Assembly: GCA_965645245.1 (NCBI GenBank)
Contig: OZ287081.1
Span: 1,974,746 to 1,994,745 of the forward strand
DNA from: Massalongia carnosa
Lineage: Eukaryota
DNA: 20,000 nucleotides
Direction: 5' to 3'
Part shown: positions 1 through 9,600 of the stretch, piece after piece
How the letters are laid out: each line of letters starts with the position of its first letter
How positions within the stretch are numbered: position 1 is the first letter of the stretch
Notes under the pieces: generated by a model
Told to the model about the DNA's origin: nothing
The model's input: only the letters and a program-made list of their open reading frames with translations
The model's database searches: none
Translations under genes and position numbers: made by a program

Positions 1-2492
1 CACATGGGCTCTGGCCAGTCTCTGCGCGAGAGTGAACTGTTCTCCGTCACCTGGCGTAACACCCAGCGGCGGCAAAGCGTCTACCTCAAGCACGGGCTAG
101 TCATGCTGCACACCACATACCACAAAGGTCAGCAGCAGACGGGCAAGTTTAAGGATAATATCCGGTTCTTGCCTGCACCTATTGGAGACCTCTTGCTGGA
201 CTACTTGGTAGTTGTAGTCCCGCTCCTCCAGGTCTTCCTCCGCCGGTCTGCCCCGCATGCCCTTCTCTATCCGTACTTGTGGTGGCAAGACGGCAAGGTC
301 TGGGCTGACAACCGGCTCACGCGATGCATGGAGCAGGCGAGTAGTCGGGCCAGCGTCCCCCGGCTACCCATTGCCAACTGGCGGCAGATGACGGTCAATA
401 TCGTCAAAACTAAGTTTGCAGCTGACGTTGGGTGCTTTGAGGTTGACGACGGGGCTAACGACGAGGATGCCGAAGAGATAGAGGCGGACATTCGGATTAT
501 GACCAAGCAGCGGAACCATAGTACGCGGACTGTCAACCGGGCATATGCAAACCAACACAATGCTAACTTTGGGAACATGTGGGATGGCCTTATCCGCCGG
601 AATCTGCGTGCTTCAACTCTGTGGAAGGACTTGTGGGGGCTTGACCAGCTGCTTGGACCTGCTGGGAAGAGGAAGCGGGATGGTGAAGACATTGGTGGTC
701 CGCAAATGCTCAAGAAGATCGCCATGGGGGTCTACCGGCCACGGAAGAAGTGGTCAGCTGCGGCTCTGCTGAACAGTGCAAGAAAGCTGTACCTAGATAA
801 CACGCTGAAGTGGAAGTCAGCAGCGCAGGAGCGGGCTATGACTACTATTATGTCATGGACTGAGCAGGTGGTAGTTATCATGGCTACTGGCGAAGGGAAG
901 AGCCTGCTGTTCATGCTGCCTTGCATCCTCCCGGACGCTGGGGTGACGATCTTGGTCTTGCCACTCGTATCTTTACGAGGAGATCTCCTCCGCCGAGTTG
1001 GAGAATTGGGGATCGATTACTTGGTGTGGTCGCCTAGCGAGCAAAGAGATGCGCCTTTGGTGTTTGTCACAGTTGAAGCAGCATGTAGGGAACAGTTTCG
1101 GACTTACGCCCACAAGCTCGCGGCTACGCAAGACCTCGGGCGCATTGTATTGGACGAGGCTCACTTGACTATCACAGCGTCCGACTATCGCGAAGCTATG
1201 GTTGACCTCGCCCTGATCCGCAACGTCCGTACGCAGTTTGGTTACTTAACAGCTACTCTACCACCGACAATACAAGCTAGATTTGAAGAGCAGAACAACT
1301 TGGTGAACCCCAAGGTGATTCGAGCATCGACGAACCGGCGAAATCTGTTCTATATGGTACAGCGGGCCACTGGGCGAGGGAGTCTGCTCGAAGAGGGCGC
1401 GCGGAGGGCAAGGGAGGCGTGGGAGAATAGCCAGCTCTTGGATCGGGCTCGAGATAAGATCATCTTATACGTTCGGACAAAGGAAGATGCTGCTACGCTG
1501 GCTGAGCTACTCTGCTGCTCCCAGTACACAGCTGAATAGGCACGGCTGAGCAGAAGGAGGAGCTGCTGAGAATGTGGCTTGCCTCCTCGGACCAGCCGTA
1601 CATGGTGGCCACGTCTGCACTAAGCGCTGGCTTCGACTATGCCCACGTTTGCTTAGTTGTGCATGTCAAGGAGACGTCGTCTTTAGTCGACTTCGCCCCT
1701 GAGTCTGGTCGGGCCGGGCGGGATAGAAAGGAGGCGTACTCGCTAGTCCTCCTCTCACCTACATGGAAGCCGCAAGCCGCTGAGAGTACCGCGGTCGAGA
1801 GAAGAGCGCTGCACCGCTACCTCCTCGGGCAGGACTGCCGCCGGGCATGCTTGAGTGAGCACCTCGACTCGGAGCCGTATTGGCGACAGTGTCAGGCTGA
1901 CGAGGAAGTTGTATGTGACGTATGCAGCGCCGGCCCAGCTATCGCTCCGTCTTCCGCTCCGTCTCCCGAGCCGGCTCTTCAGTATACTGGCAGTGCAGCT
2001 ATCCAGGAGAAGCGACGTCGAGCCGAGCTCGAGTTAAGCCGGTACCAGGAGGACCTGCTCGCAGTTCAAGGCACGTGTCTGCTCTGCCGGGCATCCGACG
2101 ATGCCTGGGACCACGCCTTCCCTACGTGCTGGCGTCGATTCGAGTTCTTTGAGACTCGCAATCGTGTTAAGAAAGCGAAGCAAGGAGGGCGGTGGATTAC
2201 TCCGTACCACGCATGCTACTGGTGCTATAATCCCCAGGCCGTTTGTCCGCGAGCGGACCCAAAGAGTAACTGCCAGAGCTGCCTCTACGCGGACATTGTC
2301 ATGCCGCTCTGCTATGGCATCTTCCACGGAGGCGGGGCCGAGCAGTGGCTAGAAGAGCGGTTTCAGCGGACGTTTACAGACGTCGATGAATTTCTTAAGT
2401 GGTGTGGTCAGGCAGCTAGCTTCGGCGGGGGTAAGGCAATCTGGGGAGTCTATGTAGCTGCGGCTGCCCTAATTCAATTTGAGTTACACTAG
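1..2492 (+). pseudogene. Telomere-linked RecQ-family helicase (TLH-like), 5'-truncated by the window edge, with one frameshift at ~1536
   Basis: SF2/RecQ motifs in order: ATGEGKS (I), VLPLVSL (Ia), IVLDEAH (II), LTATLPP (III), IILYVRT (IV), VATSALSAGFD (V), PESGRAGRD (VI; P where Q is usual), then RQC-like CRR...C...CDVC and a Cys/His-rich tail. ORFs 4-1539 and 1572-2492 join as YTAE-IGTAEQKEELLRMW if one A is restored at gaata (1534-1538). The frame is open to base 1. It lies ~17 kb from the telomere repeats. Confidence 0.88.
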
Positions 2493-2618
2493 GCTAGGTG
2501 TAAGGTAAATGAGATGGTTCTATGTCACGTGAGGCCCCTGAGTCAAAGTAAATTAAGAATCACCCTCTGAAAATTCTTTCCTCATTCACTTCTTCTCACT
2601 CGGCCTCATCCATTTCAA

Positions 2619-2734
2619 TGACTCGTCGTCGACCCCACGTTGTCTCGGTGCCCCTACCTCGCTGTCAGTGCTTGCTGCTTTTCCAATCTCACTGACTCGT
2701 CGTCGACCTCACGTTGTCTCGGTGCCCCTACCTC
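2619..2734. repeat. 42-bp direct repeat (2619-2660 and 2693-2734, one mismatch) upstream of gag
   Basis: tgactcgtcgtcgacc(c/t)cacgttgtctcggtgcccctacctc occurs twice, separated by 32 bp. Confidence 0.95.
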
Positions 2735-2737
2735 CCA

Positions 2738-3751
2738 ATGACGAACACCCGTTCCCAAAGCACCTTGATGGACGACATAGTCCCCGACCCCCAGGAGATT
2801 GTCGGATTGACGCAGGCCCAATTCAATCAAATCTTCGCCCTACAAAAGAAGAAAGCCGAGGCGGAAGCGAAGGCGGCCGAGGCTGAGGCTAGAATTGCCG
2901 AGTCCAAGGCATTGGTCGCCGAGAAGGAGGTGGAAAAAATGCAGCTAGAAATCGACTGCATGCGCCGAGAATCTGACGCCCGAATAGCGGCCGTCATTCC
3001 TGCTGGCAAGCCGAGTCGTGTCGTCGGCGATGACGACGAGGACCTAGGTGAGATCCCTCTCGAAGTAAGAAGCATAGCACCCCGTTTCGCGGGCCTACCA
3101 CAGGACGAGATCATCAAGATCTTTTCAAATAAATTCGAAGCCATCCACCTCTCCCGCCTCCGACACATGCACGGCATGCAATACGAGTCATACAAGGATC
3201 AAGACCGCATCGGCATCGAAGACGGCGCCTTGAGGTTGAGAAAGGCATCCGGGACCTACAAAGATTTCGGAAAGACAGTTCATGACGTCTGGACCGAGAG
3301 CTTCATCAACTACACCTCGATCATGGTCAGTCTTTTCGGGAAATCGAGTCAACAGCTTCACGCCACCATGTCGGCATTCCACGGAAAAATCTTCACGCTG
3401 GCCAAGGTGTACGAGTGGCAGGAAGCAGTCCTCCCCCTCGCCATCGAAACCCACACCCACATCATCGCGTCTCAGCCATCCGACGCATCCCAATGGAAAA
3501 TGCCCGACGAATTCCAAGCTCGATTCTGCACCCCCCTCACAGTCCTACGCCGTCGCCGCTCACGATCCCCGCCGTCCCGACGACCGACCCCGAGAGGAGA
3601 CAGGGCCGAGAGGGCCGAGAAGGCAGCGGGGGAAATCTGCGACAAGTACAACAGCGGCACCTGCACCTGGCCGTCGTGCTACCGACAGCACAAATGCAAA
3701 TCGTGCGGCGCGGCTGGGCATGGCCAGAAGACATGCCCAACGAAGAAATAG
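2738..3751 (+). CDS. gag: Gag-like protein of the YR retrotransposon
   Basis: First ATG at 2738; N-terminal coiled-coil-like segment (KKKAEAEAKAAEAEARIAE), Arg/Ser-rich tract, and C-terminal CDKYNSGTCTWPSCYRQH (CCCH) plus CKSCGAAGHGQKTC (CCHC). Confidence 0.85.
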   Translation: MTNTRSQSTLMDDIVPDPQEIVGLTQAQFNQIFALQKKKAEAEAKAAEAEARIAESKALVAEKEVEKMQLEIDCMRRESDARIAAVIPAGKPSRVVGDDDEDLGEIPLEVRSIAPRFAGLPQDEIIKIFSNKFEAIHLSRLRHMHGMQYESYKDQDRIGIEDGALRLRKASGTYKDFGKTVHDVWTESFINYTSIMVSLFGKSSQQLHATMSAFHGKIFTLAKVYEWQEAVLPLAIETHTHIIASQPSDASQWKMPDEFQARFCTPLTVLRRRRSRSPPSRRPTPRGDRAERAEKAAGEICDKYNSGTCTWPSCYRQHKCKSCGAAGHGQKTCPTKK

Positions 3752-3796
3752 GGGGTTGGTGCAGGAGGTAGTAGAATAGCTTCAATAGCTGAATTC

Positions 3797-4983
3797 ATGA
3801 CGTCCCATCCCTGCTTACCTGCACCAATCAGACCAAATACAATCCCTTCGTTTCAACTCGTAGACGCATCTCGTCAGCGTTTGAAAGACAGCCCCTCTCC
3901 CCTCGTACCGTCCGCATGGGCAACCCTACTTCAAGAGTATCCGGGCCCCCTCCGAGTCCATCTGCCCATGATCCTTCGTTTCGGAGTACAAATCGGATAC
4001 GAAGGCCCCACAGACATCCTTCGGATCGAAAAAAATCTTACATCAGCGAATGAGGACCCGGAAACGATCGAGAATAAGCTTCAAGAGGACCTCAGGAAGG
4101 GCCGAGTCAGACGAATAGCCGCCCCGAGTCAGCCATTTGTGGCCTCCCCCCTCGGCTTGGTCCCGAAACATGACGGAGGATGGCGACGCATTCATCATCT
4201 GTCTCATCCCAATCAAACATCAGTCAACGACAACATTCCAGAAGAGGCATCCAAATTACAATACGCCAGACTCGACGACATTATTCAATTGATTCTGTCA
4301 GAGGGCAAAGGTGCTGTCATAGTGAAAAGAGACGTCAAAGACGCCTTTCGAAACGTTCCCGTCGCACCTCATCATCAATGACTTCTGGGTTTCGGATGGA
4401 ATGACGAATTCTACACCGAGACATGCCTTTCGTTCGGACTGTCGACGGCCCCGTTCATCTTCAATCTTTTTGCGGAAGGCTTTCATTGGATTTTAGAATC
4501 CTTTCTACAATGGAGATTACATCACTATCTAGACGACTTCGTTGCAATTTTCCCATCCGAGACATCGTCAGAACGATTGCACCAAGAAACAAAAGCCTAC
4601 AACATTCTCACCGACATTCTCGGCATCCGGAGAAACGACTCAAAAGACGCCGAGGGAACGACAGCGACAGTCTTCGGACTCGAGGTCGACACAATCAACA
4701 GTCTTATTCGTCTGCCAGCGGACAAGCTGGAAAAAGCGAGAATCATCACTACAAAGGCACTAAACGAGACGACAATCAGCCTCGGCGACATGCAGTCAAT
4801 AGCGGGTTTCCTAAGCTTCTGCGCATAGGCAGTCAAATTGGGCCGAGTCTTCTTACGATTATTCTGGAATTTTATAGCCTCATTTCCCTCGGGCAGTCAT
4901 CGTCGGGTCAAAAGAAGAATTCCCACATGGGTCAGACAGGGTCTAATCTGGTGGAACAAACTTTTAGTGGACTTCAACGGTAT
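3797..4983 (+). pseudogene. pol: Reverse transcriptase of the YR retrotransposon (5' part of pol), with two in-frame stops
   Basis: SPLGLVPKHDGGWRRIHHLS, KRDVKDAFRNVPV, LSFGLSTAPFIF and YLDD (4526-4537) all in one frame; TGA at 4379-4381 (likely Trp) and TAG at 4826-4828 (likely Gln); cut by the LTR at 4984. Confidence 0.9.
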
Positions 4984-5142
4984 TGTTGCGTCTAGGCAAG
5001 ATTATACGAGTGTTGAAAGATGTTAATTAAATGAGCAAGTCTGCTCGCCTATATAAGCTTAAAATACGCTAGTCTCAATTGAGACTTCCCATAAAGGGAG
5101 CTACGACTATAGTCATAATACCATAATACCATAGCTATAACA
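4984..5142 (-). repeat. 3' LTR of the Gypsy element
   Basis: 157/159 identical to 11677-11835; TG...CA ends. Confidence 0.97.
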
Positions 5143-5166
5143 GATGCCGATAAAAAAGCAAAAAGG

Positions 5167-6684
5167 TTAGCGACCTCGCTGACGCCCTCTACCCCTTCTA
5201 ACGTTGCCTTCTCTGGGTAGTCCAGCTTCGTATTCGTCGACCAATTCTTTGCAGTCCTTTAAGTCCTCTAGTTTGTACCAACCGTTATGTTCATGACCAT
5301 AGCCTTTCCATTTGACAAGGTATTGATTTTTACCCCTTGTTATCCTTTTATTTAGTAGCTTTTCTACCTCGTAGGCCGGATCCTGAACCTCGCCCTCTTC
5401 CTCTACAGGCGGGGGTTCTGGATTAGATAATCTACCGTATGGGTCTGGACCGGTATGAGGTTCGAGCTGAGCTATGGATATCACTGGATGTATTTTCATT
5501 GATGGAGGTAACTCTAACCGATACGCCAGATTGCCTACCTTCTCTAGGACTTTAAACGGACCTACTCTCTGATAGGAGAGCTTTCTATTGGAAAGACCCG
5601 GAATAGTGTATCCATGATGAAGTTTAAGAAAGGCCTTGTCTCCTATTGCTATTGGTTTGTGTGACTTGTCGTATCTAATTTTCGACATGGCTGAGGCGAA
5701 GGACATGGCGGAATCAGCTTCCTCTCTTTTGATCATACGTAGTCTGCCGAAGTCTTCTGCTGGGAGGTCTGACAGCAGACTGACAGAGTCATTGACCTTG
5801 AAACCGTAAAGCAATTCATTTGGAGCGAAGCCGGTTGAAACATTAACGGCATTATTCATACTGGTTTGAATGAAGGGTAATATACTGACCCAGTCATTGG
5901 TTTCTCCAGTAGTAAGATGATAGCGTAGGGCAATCTCAATCGTCTGATTAGTGCGCTCCGATTGCCCATCGGTCTGCGGGTGATAGGCGGTGGAGGTAAG
6001 CATGGCTACTTTTAGCTTGGAGAATATTGTTTTCCAGAAGGATGACATGAACTTGGCATCTCTGTCACTGATGATTGCGCGTGGGATTCCCCAATCATGT
6101 TGTAAGAGCGCCACTATGACTATGTTGGCCCATTGGACTGCGTCATAAGTGGTCTTTCCTTGTAGCAATAGCACCTTTTTTGAGAACTTATCAGTGATGG
6201 TGAGAAGACTGTCATACCAGTCTGGAGGCGTCCCTGGTAATGCCACTATGAAATCCATTGCTATGGTGTGGAAGGGCATAGCCGGAGTGACAATGGGATT
6301 GAGTTCTCCATATGGTGCGTGCCTCTTGGTTTGGTTCAACTGACATTCCGGACAATGCGCCATGTACGTTCTCAACCTTTTATTGAGGTGACGTATGTAG
6401 ATCGAGTTAACTATCCGATCATAGGTTCTATGAAAGCCACCATGACTGGTCCTGTCATGAGCTTGCCTGAAGATCTCCTCCTCTAGGGAAGCGGGTATAC
6501 ATAATCGCTCTCGCCCATCGTCGGCTGATACGTAGTATAATAATCCATTTCTATAGCGAAAGCGAATTCCAATGCGGGAGCCTTCTGGTGGGGTGGAATT
6601 GTCGTTCGTCAATTCGGTTGCCTCGCCTTCGTTGATTGAGGACAGGTCGCTCTCCTTTGGTTTTATTAGGTTTAAAATCTTTTC
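5167..6684 (-). CDS. pol: Gypsy integrase with GPF motif and chromodomain (C-terminal segment of gag-pol, after an in-frame TGA)
   Basis: HHCC (AHDRTSH...CPEC), DDE (IAMDFI / IISDRD / GQSERTN), VGPFKV and chromodomain YEVEKLL...YLVKWKGY...W; same frame as the upstream RT/RH segment across TGA 6685-6687. Confidence 0.92.
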   Translation of the reverse strand, partial: EKILNLIKPKESDLSSINEGEATELTNDNSTPPEGSRIGIRFRYRNGLLYYVSADDGRERLCIPASLEEEIFRQAHDRTSHGGFHRTYDRIVNSIYIRHLNKRLRTYMAHCPECQLNQTKRHAPYGELNPIVTPAMPFHTIAMDFIVALPGTPPDWYDSLLTITDKFSKKVLLLQGKTTYDAVQWANIVIVALLQHDWGIPRAIISDRDAKFMSSFWKTIFSKLKVAMLTSTAYHPQTDGQSERTNQTIEIALRYHLTTGETNDWVSILPFIQTSMNNAVNVSTGFAPNELLYGFKVNDSVSLLSDLPAEDFGRLRMIKREEADSAMSFASAMSKIRYDKSHKPIAIGDKAFLKLHHGYTIPGLSNRKLSYQRVGPFKVLEKVGNLAYRLELPPSMKIHPVISIAQLEPHTGPDPYGRLSNPEPPPVEEEGEVQDPAYEVEKLLNKRITRGKNQYLVKWKGYGHEHNGWYKLEDLKDCKELVDEYEAGLPREGNVRRGRGRQRGR

Positions 6685-9600
6685 TCAATATTCGTCATCA
6701 TCGTATGCTTTTTTGAGCCTATTTTTGAACTCATCCGCCATTTCTACCAGTGTGACGTGATAGGCTACGGGAGCTAGGTCTGGTAGTAGGGAACTTAGCT
6801 CATGCTGAGCCAAGTTAACCGGGCATCCATACAAGGCTTCCAGTTCGCCTATCTTTTCAGCTGTAGATACGTCTGCTTGAAGGCGTGATAGGGCATCCGG
6901 GACGATGTTGGTTTTACCAGATTTGTGACGCAGAGTAAGATTGAATCCAGACAAGTACTGTGACGCCCGAACGAGTCTTAAGTTAAGCTTATCAGTGCTC
7001 GATGTAGTCATACTGGTTTGACGGGAGATGGGAATAGCGGCCGAGTGATCAGTGTATATGATGGTAGGTGGGCATTCTGTCGATTCTATCATGTGCCTGA
7101 TTTTTCGTACAACCCATACTATGCCGGCAATCTCTAGTTCAGTCGGCCAGTAGTTCTTCTCGGCGGAGTTGAGGCACCTGCTAAGAAACATAATCGGTTC
7201 AATGTCAGCTTGGGCGGGATAAGCACTTGGAATGATGAGAATATCGCCTTTGACATGATAGATTATAGCGGCGAATCCCCAGGATTTCGAGGCATCTAGG
7301 TCCACATAAAGACGGCGTTTGGGGCTGAAATGAACCAGAAATCTAGGAGACCTGAACGCGTCTTGCAAGTCCTTGAAGGCTAGCACTTCCTCTGTGGTCG
7401 GGTCATAGAAGAATACTCGAATAGAGTGCCGTTTACGGGCAGGACCCCTGGAACTGACCGGGAGCGTACGTGTTAGCGCGGTTTTTCGTTCTTGAAGAGG
7501 ATTTGCTCTTTGAGCGTATCGCGGGATAGACGTCCGCAACCACCCGGTGAGTCCAAGGAATATTTCTAAGTCTCGTAGATTGATTGGGAACAACAGAGAC
7601 GTAATAGCGGCTATTTTTTCTTCTGATGTTGACATTCCCAAGGAGTCCACGCGCTGACCGAGTAGTATGACGGATGGATAACCCAGAAATGACTTGGAAG
7701 GTGCTAGACTGACTCGTTTGAGTCGAAACGTGTCAAACAGCTGTCGTAAATGAGCTACGTGCTCTTTCAGAGTGCTGCTGAATATAATGATGTCGTCCAT
7801 AAAAGCTCTAGCGAATTTACGGTACGGCCGTAGCAGCCTGTCAGTTTGTCGTTGAACATAGGGTGGAGTTCCTTTATATCCCATTAAGGCTACTCCGAAT
7901 TCCTCTTGTCCCCTATGACTAACAACGGTAAGTTTGTGCCGATCCTTGTGTTGAACACTAAACTGGTAGAACCAGCCCACTGCGTCCACCGTACTGATAT
8001 AAGGATAACCGGAGACCGCTGCGATGATATCGCTTTGTGAAGGCAAGGGATAGCTATCTATTTCCGTAATGTCATTTAGTCCTCTGATATCTATGACTAC
8101 TCTACCCTTTCGTCCACTTGGAGTATCCTTCCACACTACGAAGCATGGATAGCTGAACGTTGTAGGTTGAGTGGTGAACTTAAGTTTTCCCTGTTCCTGA
8201 AGCTTATCAAAAGTTGTGTCGATACATTCTTTATCTCTTCGTCCTACCGGGTACACCTTCGCGGGCGGTTTTGGTACGACACCTGATTTCAGGTTGATGG
8301 GCATCCATTCTTCCTCCGGAATGTCCACGGTCGTACCCTGATCGATGAACACATCTTGGTATTCAGTGACAAGGTCAGAGAGCGGTTGATTCATACCGAT
8401 ATGGCCATAAACGGTAACTGCGTTAAATAGCTTCATCTTCATATCGGGAGCTATAACTGAGGTGGGTTTTATCGAAGTGGTGGTATCAACACCGATTGTG
8501 CCACTAGATGATACGGATGTGGCATAAGCCGTAGCCATTAAGGCCGCTCCCTTTGTGATTAATGATCTTATAGATCTTCCAGTCTTCCATCCTGACGTAG
8601 CTAGATGGGCTTCCGCTGGTAATGTCATGTAGCATCCATGGTGCGTGTATTCTACCACTGATCCTAGGCGAGCTCTCTTCGGAAGAACCACCGGAGTGCT
8701 GGTAGCGTTATGAATGTTTACCCATGATAGGTCAGTGTCTACTATGTGGGCGAAAACGCCTCCCTCATGCCCCAAGTCATGACTGGCTGCAAGCTGTGGT
8801 TCGAAGAGAAAATCTCTGTCATCTGGTAACTGTCCATTGAAAGTGACTGGTACGCGCATGGTCGTTCCAGGAAGAACAGTGAAGGCATTCTTAGATCGGA
8901 TCGTGCGCTTGATGTGTGGAGCAACACGGGCACGACTGTTGATGGGTATCTTGATGCCCTTGCAACTATCGATCGTCATGATCTGCTTCCCTAAGTCTAA
9001 GGTCATACCTTGAGGCGTCATGACGTCGTTTCCTATGAGTAGATTGACTTTCAGGTCATCTACTATGTGGACCTCGATGATTATTACGCCGGTAGCAGGA
9101 CCATCCTTGGAGATTCCATCAAGATTTACCTGTACAAGAGCTACTTCATCTGTTCTTACCTCGCCTTTACCTACTCCACGAATAGGAACCGGAGATGCCA
9201 TTCTAGTGATGACGAGATCCGGAACATGCTTCTGTAGATAAGCACGATCTCCCATAGTAACCGAAGTTCCGGAATCCAAGCATATTTCTGACATCAGAGC
9301 GGAGCTTCCATAGGATACTTGAGCGGTAGCATAGTGATAACCTCGAAAGGCATATCCAACACCCTTGGTTTTATCAGGGCTGATAGTTGACATTATTTTC
9401 TGTCTAAGATCGGTAGAGGAGGGTGATGTTTTTACGACCGCTAAGTTAGGTGAAAGCTTATCCTTGGCGACTGTAGTCATCATGCTGACTGTAGTCAGCG
9501 TATCCTCCGTTTGAGACCAGCAGTCCTTTCGTAGATGGCGAAATAGTTTATTCCTTGATGAGAAGGAGGCCGCACATCTTGTGCAGAGAAAAATACTTGG

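Noticed and set aside
2658..2667. ctcgctgtca identical to part of the piggyBac TIR
   Set aside because: Only 10 bp with no flanking similarity; compatible with chance
4423..4995. 190-aa alternative-frame ORF overlapping the RT, and other short overlapping or antisense ORFs
   Set aside because: No recognisable motifs; shadows of the real coding frames
4379..6687. TGA at probable Trp positions in both retroelements (4379-4381 and 6685-6687), suggesting UGA=Trp recoding
   Set aside because: Other Trp codons are TGG and other stop types also interrupt the ORFs; single G>A mutations explain these
7792..7803. FMDD instead of YxDD in the Gypsy RT
   Set aside because: A conservative Y>F variant with both catalytic Asp retained; not enough to call novel
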